IMG/VR virus record: IMGVR_UViG_3300036853_000124
Location: 1 to 46,669 of that record
Length of the DNA: 46,669 nucleotides
Source of the DNA: a virus
Taxonomy: Duplodnaviria; Caudoviricetes
Strand: one strand, 5' to 3'
Every line of letters starts with the position of its first letter. Position 1 is the first letter of the stretch. Below, piece after piece: positions 8,101-16,626 of the stretch. The position numbers were made by a program, and so were the translations under genes. Below the pieces are notes generated by a model. The model had not been told where the DNA came from. It worked only from the letters and a program-made list of their open reading frames with translations, and made no database searches.

Positions 8101-9419
8101 ACACGCCTACCGAGCGCAATGGTTGGGCCCAGGTAGACCCGAACAGTTCGACCATGGTCCGCTACGCGGCCTGTGACGTGCTGGACGGCGCCGCCCTTGC
8201 CCTCAAGCTCCCGTGGCCGGCACCCGCCCTACTGGAGCGGGAACGGGTCACCGCCGAGATGACCTCTCGGGTGGCCCATCAGAGCCGCGGGCTGAAGCTC
8301 GACGCGGCCAAGGTTGCCGAGCTGTTCGACGCGCAGACCGCCGCTAAGGCTGAAGCCGCCAAGCGGGTAGCCGGGCAGGGTGTCACCCCGGGCAGTGATG
8401 CCCAGGTGGCTGCCAAGCTCACCGAGATGGGCGTGGTGCTACCTAGGACCAAGCCAAGCAAGACCCACCCCACCGGACAACCAAGCGCGGCGGAGGGGGC
8501 TATCGAGCCGCTGCTCCACCAGGAAGGACCGTGGCAACCGCTGGTACGCGCGGTGCTCGACTACCGCGAGCACTCCAACCGCCTGAGCCTGTTCCTGGGC
8601 CCGTGGCGGGAGCTGATCGAGAACGGTGACGGCCGTGCCCGGCCCACGGTGTACACACTGGAGGCCAAGACCGGACGCATGTCCTGCCGACGCCCGAACT
8701 TCCAGCAAGTGCCGAAGGTCGGCGGGTTCCGAGCCTGTGTCGTTACCGACCCGGGGTACCTCGGCATCTCGGCCGACTTCTCCGGTGTGGAGGTTCGCAC
8801 CGGCGCCGCGCTGTCCGGGGACACCCAGCTCGCAGCCATGATCGAGAGAGAGGACGAACTCGGCAAGGAGCACGGCCTCCTCTGGACGATCGCACGTGAG
8901 GTGTGGGGCCCAGACGCCACCAAGGCCGAGTACTACGCGGTCAAGGGGGTCGTCTACGGACGCTTCTACGGCGGCGGGGTGGACACCCTGGCGGACAACG
9001 CTGGCATCTCCAAGACCCTGGCAGCCTCCACCCTCGAAGTACTCGACTCCATGACGCCAACGCTGGCGCGGTGGTCGCGGGCGCTCGATCAGGGCGTCAA
9101 GGCGGGCCGGACGATGTTCGAGACCTACTCGGGCCGAACCATCCACCTGGATCCGAAGGTCACCTACAAGGCGGGCAACTACGCCATCCAAGGGACCGCA
9201 AGGGAGCTGTTGGTGGACGGACTTATGCGCTGGCGGGAGACCCGCTGGGGCACGTGCACACTCCTTCCGGTCCACGACGAGTTGATCGTGATGGTGCCGG
9301 CGGACGAGGCCAAGGAGGCGACCGCCGAGCTGGTCCGGTGCATGGAGACCGAGCTCTACGGAGTCAAGATCAAGGTCGAGGCCGACGAGCCTTGGACCGC
9401 CTGGCCAGACGCTGCTTAG
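5148..9419 (+). CDS. Fused bifunctional primase-polymerase (AEP) / RecA-type AAA helicase / family A DNA polymerase with 3'-5' exonuclease domain
   Basis: N-term VDLD, TQSGGEH, DVRGAGGHV; Walker A AGAGAGKS, Walker B VIFDT, GARGNSA; exo DVETTG and YAACD; PolA TGRMS, PNFQQVP, ADFSGVE, K...YG..YG, NYAIQG, PVHDE; RBS AGGAGG. Confidence 0.9.
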   Translation: MPETSPSPVDNAIRLVVAGATVFPVRLALDADGKKKPAYPGSWDQYQMTAATAGEIATAGAYGVDCGRSGVVYVDLDRKADIDGVELWKSRGLPVSPFVVKTQSGGEHHAFRAPTEPVGNACFKTLGVDVRGAGGHVFGPGSTVEGGGSYALVGSLPASLADLPEYPADAVEALRAEDKANKRAQAAERRPEAFTPAPPGSGTVEQCEHRVREQMAILEESVSGGFNDELNRLCFLVGQLCRAENDHWDEPRYAVEDVRDRVIELCEESEAIGPLDATDWGTINSSGAQSGLDSPYNPGGPTEAELSWSDMITVEAPAPINADPLAGLYVVEDQPAVAGPPRSRLWGNMLDVDRLKGDPPPTPPFVLEGLLREGELAALVAGAGAGKSLLTFERALQAISVGRRVIYFDAENSEHEIHTRVAAYGFNADEADLTGLEYLSFPSLSLDAEADARELLTFVAELTVTKGKIDAVIFDTASRFIAGVENDAAPWLAMYRLALLPLKRAGIAVLRLDHMGKDETKGARGNSAKSGDVDTIWELQAGKPPPGKKVPVRVELTCTKQRSGTHAQYTVLSRDVDANGVLGHRVDGSMGDGVMPTMAPPRVSPVDDVVAVLDRSGCPNDTGRPAAQDWLRDRGVPLPKAGTTEWAAAIRERKSRPVQDPVAPPEQDPHGAESGTDELSWELSQRSTKTKIRTAVPDSSGQLQDSQDSLAVCAGQAVPGAVPMIDCSGATGTVVPALGLSIGQPRQDSLKNDHEDGAATGDETEGGTPPPAKIKKGRLTDEEKAERKLAQTEARRAAAAEKRALALAEASGPRVELPAVVDRAGTIRELTLAEAMHTVSAAHERSGSLTVDVETTGRPMGHREYALRTVQLGDALEAVVFDATQHAAAVKTLLGEADKLHAFSASADLVPLIAAGLADESIWARMLDVVIPAKLADPSSTGSSADGLKDLSGDILGKLSVSPAAEVDKNAMFKAAGWLVQTKFDTPTERNGWAQVDPNSSTMVRYAACDVLDGAALALKLPWPAPALLERERVTAEMTSRVAHQSRGLKLDAAKVAELFDAQTAAKAEAAKRVAGQGVTPGSDAQVAAKLTEMGVVLPRTKPSKTHPTGQPSAAEGAIEPLLHQEGPWQPLVRAVLDYREHSNRLSLFLGPWRELIENGDGRARPTVYTLEAKTGRMSCRRPNFQQVPKVGGFRACVVTDPGYLGISADFSGVEVRTGAALSGDTQLAAMIEREDELGKEHGLLWTIAREVWGPDATKAEYYAVKGVVYGRFYGGGVDTLADNAGISKTLAASTLEVLDSMTPTLARWSRALDQGVKAGRTMFETYSGRTIHLDPKVTYKAGNYAIQGTARELLVDGLMRWRETRWGTCTLLPVHDELIVMVPADEAKEATAELVRCMETELYGVKIKVEADEPWTAWPDAA
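7181..7394. repeat. Iteron-like GGACAG(C) array with A-rich core; candidate replication origin
   Basis: GGACAG at 7225, 7238, 7248, 7259, 7268, 7374, 7388; GCTGTCC at 7181, 7193, 7296; A-rich 7201-7223. Confidence 0.6.
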
Positions 9420-9427
9420 GAGGACAA

Positions 9428-9637
9428 ATGAAGCTAGGTAGGCGTACGGCCAAGTTGGTACAGGAGGCCGCGGTACTGGGATTTGTCGAGGGCGTTGTGC
9501 ACGCACATGGGCGGACATGGGAGGAAGCTCGAAGGGACTTCCCTCCCGATCTCGAAGTTCTTGCCCGCGTCCTACGTGCCGCTCACTCACACGCTGACCT
9601 CTACCCGACGTTGTCCCGTGTGGAGGAGGCGCGTTGA
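9428..9637 (+). CDS. Hypothetical protein (69 aa)
   Basis: RBS AGGAGG then ATG 9428; coupled to next gene. Confidence 0.7.
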   Translation: MKLGRRTAKLVQEAAVLGFVEGVVHAHGRTWEEARRDFPPDLEVLARVLRAAHSHADLYPTLSRVEEAR

Positions 9638-10392
9638 CCGAATGTGTGATCGACGGCCAGCCCACCGACGGCGCTGTCCTGTGTGGTGCGTGCGTGGCCA
9701 AGCTCCAGGCCCGGCTTGGCCACGTGCCCGCCCTGGTCGCGGAGCTGGAGGTGACCATCACCCGGCAGGACCGCACCACGGCCAGCAAGGTCGGCGGACG
9801 CGGGTCCGAGACACCCAGCCCCTACAACGAGCGGGCCAGCGACACCGGGGCCCAGCTCCGCGATCGACTCAGCCTGTGGGCTCGGGCGGTTGCGGAGCAC
9901 TTCGGGGCCAGCGTGCCGCACGCCGAGCCGAGGAACATAGCCGTGGTGGCCGCTCAGTGGCTCATGGAGCACCCCTGGACCGTAGCGGGCTACCCGGCGG
10001 CCGGCGACCTCTTCGAGGAGATCTCAGACGATGTCAGGGCCGCGTTCCAAGTGATCGACCGGCCACCCGACGCCGTGTTCGCTGGCCGCTGCCAGTGCGG
10101 GGGCTTGCTCTACGCCCGACCAGGCCACCAACTGGCCACCTGCCGGGCGCCGGATTGCGGCCTCGACTACGGCGTGGAGGAGATGCGGACCTGGATGCTC
10201 GGCGAGATCAAGCACCGCGAGGGCACGGCCACCGAGGTGTCGGCCATCCTCCGGGCGGTGGGTATCAAGATCAGCTACACCACTATCCACCGCTGGCACG
10301 CCCGAGGCAGACTAGCCAGGGCGGACGGCTACCGACCAGTGTACCGAGTAGGCGACGTAGTGGCCGTGGCCACGGGGGAGGAAGCAGCATGA
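9634..10392 (+). CDS. Zn-finger plus C-terminal HTH protein; candidate late-gene regulator
   Basis: Several Cys pairs (CGAC, CQC, CRAPDC); C-term TATEVSAIL...ISYTTIHRWHARGRL...YRVGDV; lies just upstream of the late promoter. Confidence 0.65.
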   Translation: MTECVIDGQPTDGAVLCGACVAKLQARLGHVPALVAELEVTITRQDRTTASKVGGRGSETPSPYNERASDTGAQLRDRLSLWARAVAEHFGASVPHAEPRNIAVVAAQWLMEHPWTVAGYPAAGDLFEEISDDVRAAFQVIDRPPDAVFAGRCQCGGLLYARPGHQLATCRAPDCGLDYGVEEMRTWMLGEIKHREGTATEVSAILRAVGIKISYTTIHRWHARGRLARADGYRPVYRVGDVVAVATGEEAA

Positions 10393-10394
10393 GC

Positions 10395-10433
10395 GGGGAG
10401 GTGGGACCCATTACCAGTAGGTCCCACCTCCCC
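10395..10433 (+). terminator. Stem-loop after the early/middle operon
   Basis: GGGGAGGTGGGACC / GGTCCCACCTCCCC 14-bp stem, no U-tract. Confidence 0.5.
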
Positions 10434-10492
10434 CGGGTCGTCCAGGAGCGTACTGGTGAACCCGGCCGGTAGCGTACATCACGATTCAGCTC

Positions 10493-10521
10493 TTGACAAA
10501 CCCGAACTGTCCACGTAATCT
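10493..10521 (+). promoter_or_regulatory. Near-consensus promoter for the late/structural operon
   Basis: TTGACA, 17 nt, TAATCT. Confidence 0.8.
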
Positions 10522-10531
10522 GAAGTAGGTT

Positions 10532-10585
10532 GAAGAAACCTGTCCCGACGCGGCCCTACGAAGGTGCTTCGGGACAGGTTTCTTC
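10532..10585 (+). terminator. Promoter-proximal hairpin (attenuator/terminator)
   Basis: Perfect 17-bp stem GAAGAAACCTGTCCCGA / TCGGGACAGGTTTCTTC. Confidence 0.65.
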
Positions 10586-10603
10586 CATGCCCGGAGGTCC
10601 CTA

Positions 10604-10843
10604 GTGTCGCTGAAAGACGCCCTGAGCATCCCACCAGCCCCACGACGGAGCACTCGATGCGCCGTGGGCCGGCTGTTGGACTCCCTGTCCGCCGAGGACG
10701 CTACCACCTTGGCTTCTGCCCTGCAAGACGACCGTTGGACCAGTACGGCCATTCGCACCGCGCTACGGGCCGAAGGGCACCACCTGGCGCGAACCACCGT
10801 CTCTCTCCACCGAAGGGACGGGTGCAACTGTGGCACTGTCTGA
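10604..10843 (+). CDS. Small hypothetical Cys/His protein
   Basis: RBS GGAGG; C...HRRDGCNC. Confidence 0.7.
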   Translation: MSLKDALSIPPAPRRSTRCAVGRLLDSLSAEDATTLASALQDDRWTSTAIRTALRAEGHHLARTTVSLHRRDGCNCGTV

Positions 10844-12005
10844 CGCCTTGAGCGCCCTCCCCACGCCTGACGCCCGCCGGACTCGCGCTGAGCACCCCAC
10901 GACCCTCTACGAGGCCGGCCAACTGGTCTCAGCGGCCATCCCGCTCGCCAGGGTGCCCGAGGAGGCCAAGTGGCGCGAGGAGATCACCCGGGTCACTGGT
11001 GTCGAGGTCCCTGAGCACCGCGAGGTCATCCTCGAAGGTGTTCGCTACTGGGGCAACCCCGATGCACTCAACGTCTACTGTCGCTTCAAGATCCAAGACT
11101 TCCCTATCGCCGGCTCACCGTCCGATGTGGACGCGGTCGCGCTGCTCAGGGCCCTCCGCAAGGGCCGTAGTCGTCCAAAGGAGACACACACAGGGGAGAC
11201 AACCCTAGTGGTGTCCTGGAACGACTGGCAGACCGGCAAGGCAGCCGGAGGGGGAACCGCCGCACTGGCCGAGAGGCTGGACGCGGCATACGACGGGGTG
11301 GCCCAGCGGGCACGCGAGCTACGGAAAATCGGCCGCGACCTGGGCCACCTCGTCATCCTTGGCGGTGGGGACATGATCGAGGGCTGTTCGATCTTCCCGA
11401 ACCAGGCCTACGAGATCGATGGGGACAGGCGTACGCAGGTACGCAACACCACGGCATTCATCCTTGACGGGATCGATCGCCTGGCCCCGCTGTTCTCGAG
11501 GGTCACCCTCCTGGTGGTCGGTGGCAACCATGGTGAGAACCGCCTTGGGGGCGTCCGCACTACCCGCCACGACAACGACGACTGCGCGGTCTTCGAGCAC
11601 GCTGCGTTAGCGGTCTCTCGGGACAAGCAACTGTCTCACGTGGACTTCAGCATCGCCCAGGATGAGCCCGCCAAGACGATCGACGTGCACGGCCACATCC
11701 TGGCCACTACGCACGGTCACGCCTTCGGCAAGAATGTCTCGGGCGCCGTGGAGCAGAAGGCTTTCCGCTGGTACTCCGGCCAAGCAGCCGGCCACCAGCC
11801 CGCCGGAGACGCCCACGTCCTGGTCACTCACCACTTCCATCACCACGCATCCCGCGACTGGGGAGCGTGCCAGTGGGTGCAGACGCCCGCCATGGACGGT
11901 GGCTCACCCTTCTTCACCGACTTCAGTGGACAGTCGGCCAAGCCCGGCATGTTGTCCTTCGTCGTGACCCCCGAGCACCGCTACGTGGATGCGCAGGTCC
12001 TCTAA
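10830..12005 (+). CDS. Calcineurin-like metallophosphoesterase (Mre11-like)
   Basis: NDWQ, GDMIEG, GNHGE, THGH, HHFHH metal-binding motifs. Confidence 0.8.
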   Translation: MALSDALSALPTPDARRTRAEHPTTLYEAGQLVSAAIPLARVPEEAKWREEITRVTGVEVPEHREVILEGVRYWGNPDALNVYCRFKIQDFPIAGSPSDVDAVALLRALRKGRSRPKETHTGETTLVVSWNDWQTGKAAGGGTAALAERLDAAYDGVAQRARELRKIGRDLGHLVILGGGDMIEGCSIFPNQAYEIDGDRRTQVRNTTAFILDGIDRLAPLFSRVTLLVVGGNHGENRLGGVRTTRHDNDDCAVFEHAALAVSRDKQLSHVDFSIAQDEPAKTIDVHGHILATTHGHAFGKNVSGAVEQKAFRWYSGQAAGHQPAGDAHVLVTHHFHHHASRDWGACQWVQTPAMDGGSPFFTDFSGQSAKPGMLSFVVTPEHRYVDAQVL

Positions 12006-12233
12006 ATGATCATAGAGGTGCAGCTCGACGGCCGCGGTGCGGTTCGCATCGAAGCGGACTACGCCATCTCGGTCAAGCAGACCAAGGGCCTGATCGACCA
12101 TGCCACTGAGGCGCTGAGTCGTTCTCGGCCCAAGGCACAGCCGATCGGCTTCGGGGCGGGTTCGGGCTCCGACACAGAGCGTAGCCACCACCAGGACCCC
12201 GATCCTTACGAGTTTGGACAGGTGTACCGATGA
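12006..12233 (+). CDS. Hypothetical protein
   Basis: Tight packing in operon. Confidence 0.6.
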   Translation: MIIEVQLDGRGAVRIEADYAISVKQTKGLIDHATEALSRSRPKAQPIGFGAGSGSDTERSHHQDPDPYEFGQVYR

Positions 12234-12496
12234 CCTTCGTAATCGGCAAGGCGGCGCCCCTGCCCAACGCGGTCCTACAGGGCCAGATCACTTCAGCGTG
12301 GTCAGAGGTGCAGAGGGCTAGGGCCTTACAGCAAGAGGCAGCAGAGGCCTGGAGAGTGGACGAGGCAGTCAAGCAGGGCATCAGGGCTACCTGGTTCGAG
12401 GACCGCATGAACGCGACCCTGGACGCCCTGGCGATTAGGCTGCTCCCCCCTGCCCCTGCTGTGCCCCCCTCGTTCGAATACCCCCCCACAGCCTAG
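12230..12496 (+). CDS. Hypothetical protein
   Basis: ATGA coupling. Confidence 0.55.
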   Translation: MTFVIGKAAPLPNAVLQGQITSAWSEVQRARALQQEAAEAWRVDEAVKQGIRATWFEDRMNATLDALAIRLLPPAPAVPPSFEYPPTA

Positions 12497-12508
12497 GTCT
12501 ATCCCCCT

Positions 12509-12784
12509 ATGGCTTGGGCACGTACCCGTGCCTTCCCCTCAGCTACACGCATGCGCATCTTGAGGCGCCATCCTGTGTGTGTGCACTGCAAGGTGTATGC
12601 ATCCACGATTGCTGATCATGTGATCCCTGTAGCTGAGGGAGGCACGGACGATGAGAGCAATGGGCAAGGCTTGTGCACTATGTGTCACGATAAGAAGACA
12701 CAGCGTGAGATAGCCCGGGGTCGTGCCCGCTTGAACGGGCTACGCAGACGACCTGTCGAGCCGCATCCAGGGTTATTACCCTAA
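12509..12784 (+). CDS. HNH endonuclease (terminase-associated)
   Basis: CVHC...DHVIP...GGT...N...LCTMCHDKKT; adjacent to terminase small subunit. Confidence 0.9.
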   Translation: MAWARTRAFPSATRMRILRRHPVCVHCKVYASTIADHVIPVAEGGTDDESNGQGLCTMCHDKKTQREIARGRARLNGLRRRPVEPHPGLLP

Positions 12785-12934
12785 AAGTGATGTTTAGGCC
12801 TTGACATCGGTCGAAGGGTGGGGGACCACCCCTCCCCGGCCCCCGAAGTCGGATGGTAGGTGCTGTGGCTCGCTGTGCGTACGGGTCTGGTGATCATGAT
12901 CGGATAACGGACACGCTGTAAGGGAGGCCCTGTC

Positions 12935-13381
12935 ATGGCTGGATATGGGCCTCCCCCGGCCGACGTCAAGCGCCGCCGCAACGAGGACGTTTACGCAGGT
13001 CAAGAGGTGTCGATCCCGGCCAATGCGGTCGTGGTCGCGCCGGCACTTCCCCGCGCGGACCAGTACTCCGAGGCCACCCTGACCTGGTACGCCAATTGGT
13101 GCAGCGCGCCCCAGGCCGCGACGTTCGTGGTCACTGACTGGCAGCGCCTGCACATGCTGGCCCCGCTGGTCGACAGGTTTTGGGCCGATCCCGACTCGAA
13201 GATCATGACCGAGATCCGTCTCAATGAGACGCTGCTCGGTGCGACGCACATCGACCGGGTGCGCGGTCGCGTGACCATCGGCATTCCGGTCGTGACCACC
13301 TCGACCCCGGCGCCGGCCAATACGGCGGTCGTTCGGGACGAGGTAGCCGACCGCCGCGCCCGCTTGACCCAGGGTGCCTAG
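12935..13381 (+). CDS. Terminase small subunit
   Basis: MAGYGPPP...TDWQRL...EIRL...GAT..DR; precedes large subunit; RBS GGGAGG. Confidence 0.85.
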   Translation: MAGYGPPPADVKRRRNEDVYAGQEVSIPANAVVVAPALPRADQYSEATLTWYANWCSAPQAATFVVTDWQRLHMLAPLVDRFWADPDSKIMTEIRLNETLLGATHIDRVRGRVTIGIPVVTTSTPAPANTAVVRDEVADRRARLTQGA

Positions 13382-15068
13382 GGAAGTAATCCAGGCTCCG
13401 GAGCACGACCGAAACCGCTCGCTCGGCTGGCTGGCGCTGGCCTGGCTCGAGCACTTCGCCGTGCACGGACCTGGAGATGTACAAGGACGCCCGCTCAACC
13501 CCGCCGACCCTGATGGCCTACCGCTGGATGACGAGTTCGCCGGCCTGATCGTCGACCACTACGCGCTGGACCACAACGGCCGCCGTCTCTACGACTCCGC
13601 GTTCACCTCTCGCGCGAAGGGCCGCTCCAAGAGCGAGCTGGCCGCGTTCGAGGTTCTCTTCGAAGCGTTCGCGCCGTGCCGGTTCGCCGGCTGGGCCGAG
13701 GGCGGCGAGGTCTTCGAGTGGCGTGACTTCCGGTACGAGTTCCAGCGAGGCGAACCCCTCGGCCGGCCAGTCGTGTACCCGTTCATCCGTTGTCTAGCGA
13801 CGGAAGAGAGCCAAGCAGGCAACACCTACGACAACGTGTACTTCAACCTGACTGAGGGCCCGCTCTCGGAAGGCCTGGCCTCCAACGTCGCCGGCCTGTC
13901 GCGCACGCTGCTCCCGCACGGGGGCGAGATCGTCCCGAGCACCGCGAGCAACGCGGCCAAGGACGGCGGCAAGGAAACCCACGTCGTCTTCGACGAGACT
14001 CACCTCTACATCCTGCCCGAGCTCCGCCGTATGTATGCGACCGTCACCCGGAACATGGTGAAGCGCAAGGACGCGTCGCCGTGGTACCACGAGACGTCCA
14101 CGATGTACCTGCCCGGCGAGAACTCGACGGCCGAATATACACACAAGCTGGCCTCCAAGATCTCACAGGGCAAGGTCCCGCGCGGACGGCTGTTCTTCGA
14201 CCATCGCTGCGGCCCAGAGAACGTCGACTTGGCCAACGAAGTTGAGCTTCGTGCCGCGCTCCGCGAAGTCTACGGACCGTTCGCCGACGTGATGGACCTT
14301 GAGCGGATTATTGACCACATCTGGGATCCCCGTAACGCTCCGGGCGATTCGAAGCGCTACTACCTGAACTTGCCAACGTCCGCGATTGACGCGCTGCTCG
14401 CTGACTACGAGTGGGCCTCCTGCAAGGACGAGGAGAAGACGGTCCGCTTCGGCGAGTACGTCACCCTCGGCTTCGATGGGTCCCGCGGGCGCGCGCGCGG
14501 AAAGCCTGACGCCACCGCGCTTGTCGGCTGTCGGGTACCTGACGGGCACCTGTTCGAGATCAAGGTATGGGAAGCGCCCGATGGACCGGGACAAGCTGAC
14601 TGGGAGCCCCCGCTCGGTGAGATCACGGCCGCCATCGACGACGCGTTCAGGCGCTACCGGGTAGTCGGGCTCTACGCAGACCCCGCGAAGGACTGGCGGT
14701 CGTACATCAACACCTGGGAGTCCAAGTACGGCAAGCGAGTCAAGGTCAAGGTCTCCGAGAAGCACCCCTTCGAGTGGTGGATGACCGGCGGCCGATCGAT
14801 CGTGAACCAGCGGGCTATCGAGCAGTTCGAGGGCGCGGTACGCAACGGCGACGCCAGCCACGACGGATCGTTCAAGCTCACCCAGCACGTACTCAACACA
14901 CGCCGCCGGATCGATGGCAACCAACTGAAGCTAGCCAAGAAGCACGACTACAGCCCGGACAAGATCGATGCCTGTGTGGCAGCGGTACTGGCCTGGCAGG
15001 CGCGTTCAGACGCGGTAGCCAAGGGAATCGGCCGACAGGCCACCGGGATGATCAGAAGGGCTAGGTGA
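13374..15068 (+). CDS. Terminase large subunit
   Basis: RAKGRSKSE Walker A, VFDETH Walker B, LGFDGS...DATAL nuclease, KIDACVA. Confidence 0.95.
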   Translation: MPREVIQAPEHDRNRSLGWLALAWLEHFAVHGPGDVQGRPLNPADPDGLPLDDEFAGLIVDHYALDHNGRRLYDSAFTSRAKGRSKSELAAFEVLFEAFAPCRFAGWAEGGEVFEWRDFRYEFQRGEPLGRPVVYPFIRCLATEESQAGNTYDNVYFNLTEGPLSEGLASNVAGLSRTLLPHGGEIVPSTASNAAKDGGKETHVVFDETHLYILPELRRMYATVTRNMVKRKDASPWYHETSTMYLPGENSTAEYTHKLASKISQGKVPRGRLFFDHRCGPENVDLANEVELRAALREVYGPFADVMDLERIIDHIWDPRNAPGDSKRYYLNLPTSAIDALLADYEWASCKDEEKTVRFGEYVTLGFDGSRGRARGKPDATALVGCRVPDGHLFEIKVWEAPDGPGQADWEPPLGEITAAIDDAFRRYRVVGLYADPAKDWRSYINTWESKYGKRVKVKVSEKHPFEWWMTGGRSIVNQRAIEQFEGAVRNGDASHDGSFKLTQHVLNTRRRIDGNQLKLAKKHDYSPDKIDACVAAVLAWQARSDAVAKGIGRQATGMIRRAR

Positions 15069-15074
15069 TTCAGC

Positions 15075-16625
15075 GTGCCGAGCCCTGAGCAGTGGCTAGA
15101 GATTCTAACCGCCCGACTGGACCGACGCCGGCCCCGCCTGGCGGTGCTACGTAGCTACCTCGACGGAGATCCGCCGCTGCCTGAGGGCGCCGATGGCTGT
15201 CGGGAAGCTTACGTTGCGTTCCAGCGGAAGTCGCGAACCAACTACGCCGAGGCCATCACCGAGGCGGTTGTCGAGCGCATGCGTCTCGGCGGGTTCAGGG
15301 TCGGAGAGTCCAACGAGGACGACGACGACGCACGCAAGGTCTGGACCGCGAACCGGCTCAGCACGTGGGCGCCGGACACCTTCTCGGACATGGTCGCACT
15401 GGGCATCGGCTACATGTGTGTCCAGCCGGTTGCCGCGGGCCGGGCGACCATCACCTATCAGCGCCCCGAGCAGACCATCACCGATCACGACCCGAGCCGG
15501 CCGGACCTCGTCCGCGCGGGCCTGATCGTGTACCGGGACGACGTCGAGGGCCGCGACTTCGCGTTCCTTCACGTCCCCGGCCTGGTGTACCGATACGTCC
15601 GAAGCATTGCCCCGAACGCATTGGTGCAGTCACAGTTGCTGTCGGTATCCGGCGGCTGGGTGCCCGCGGAGGCGGACTCGGCCAAGAAGGCGGTCGGCTA
15701 CCCTACCGGCTTGAACACGGTCCCGATCGTCCCATTCCCGAACCGCGGCGACCGCGGCGAGTTCGAGACGCACACGGATCTTCTCGACCGTCTCAACTGG
15801 AACACCCTTCAGCGCCTGGTGATCGTGGCGATTCACGCCTACCGCCAGCGCGCGATCAAGTCGAGTGACCTTCCCGAGTCCGACGAGGACGGCGACCCGA
15901 TCGACTACGGCAAGCTGTTCGAGCCGGGGCCGGGCGCGCTGTGGATGCTGCCTGAAGGCGCCGAGATCTGGGAGTCCCAGCAGACAGACCTGTCAGGCAT
16001 CCTGGAGTCCGACAAGGCCGACTTGCGCGCGCTCGCGGCTGTCACGCGTACGCCGATGAGCGCGCTGGTCCCCGACGGCGCCAACCAATCCGCCGAAGGC
16101 GCCGCGTTCGCACGCGAGGGCCTGGTCTTCAAGGCCGAGGATCGTTGTGAGCGCGCGTCTATCGGCTGTGCCGAGGTCGTCCGACTGGCCCTCGCCATCG
16201 AGCGGGGTAGTGAGGACGACGTTCCGGAGGTGGCCGCGTACTTCCTGCCGCCAGACCGGCCGAGCATGGCCGAGCGGTACGACGCGCTCACGAAGGCTGG
16301 AGCGGACATCCCCTGGCGCTCGAAGATGACGAAGATCCTTCAGTTCGACGGTGACGAGGTGGACCGTATGGCCGCCGAGCGCGCCGAGGACATGATCCTC
16401 ACCGCGACGATGGGAGAGCCGGGCGAACCGGTCACCGCTCCCGGAGCTACCGACGCCGCCGCGGTGAAGGCTAAGGCCGACGCCATGGGTGTGCTGATCC
16501 GATCGGGCGTTGCGGCTGAGTCCGCTGCGCAGCAGGTCGGGCTGACCGGGGTCGAGTTCACGGGCGCCGTACCGGTGTCTCTGAGGTTGCCGGAGAGCGA
16601 AGCGGGATCACTAGAGGAGGCCTGA
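15075..16625 (+). CDS. Portal protein
   Basis: Position after terminase, size, VPIVPFPN...GEFE...DLLDRLN pattern. Confidence 0.9.
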   Translation: MPSPEQWLEILTARLDRRRPRLAVLRSYLDGDPPLPEGADGCREAYVAFQRKSRTNYAEAITEAVVERMRLGGFRVGESNEDDDDARKVWTANRLSTWAPDTFSDMVALGIGYMCVQPVAAGRATITYQRPEQTITDHDPSRPDLVRAGLIVYRDDVEGRDFAFLHVPGLVYRYVRSIAPNALVQSQLLSVSGGWVPAEADSAKKAVGYPTGLNTVPIVPFPNRGDRGEFETHTDLLDRLNWNTLQRLVIVAIHAYRQRAIKSSDLPESDEDGDPIDYGKLFEPGPGALWMLPEGAEIWESQQTDLSGILESDKADLRALAAVTRTPMSALVPDGANQSAEGAAFAREGLVFKAEDRCERASIGCAEVVRLALAIERGSEDDVPEVAAYFLPPDRPSMAERYDALTKAGADIPWRSKMTKILQFDGDEVDRMAAERAEDMILTATMGEPGEPVTAPGATDAAAVKAKADAMGVLIRSGVAAESAAQQVGLTGVEFTGAVPVSLRLPESEAGSLEEA

Positions 16626-16626
16626 C

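Noticed and set aside
1276-9419. 2-aminoadenine (Z) or deazaguanine genome pathway
   Set aside because: Nucleotide hydrolases and PolA are present, but no PurZ, HD-domain dATPase or Que/Dpd gene is recognisable.
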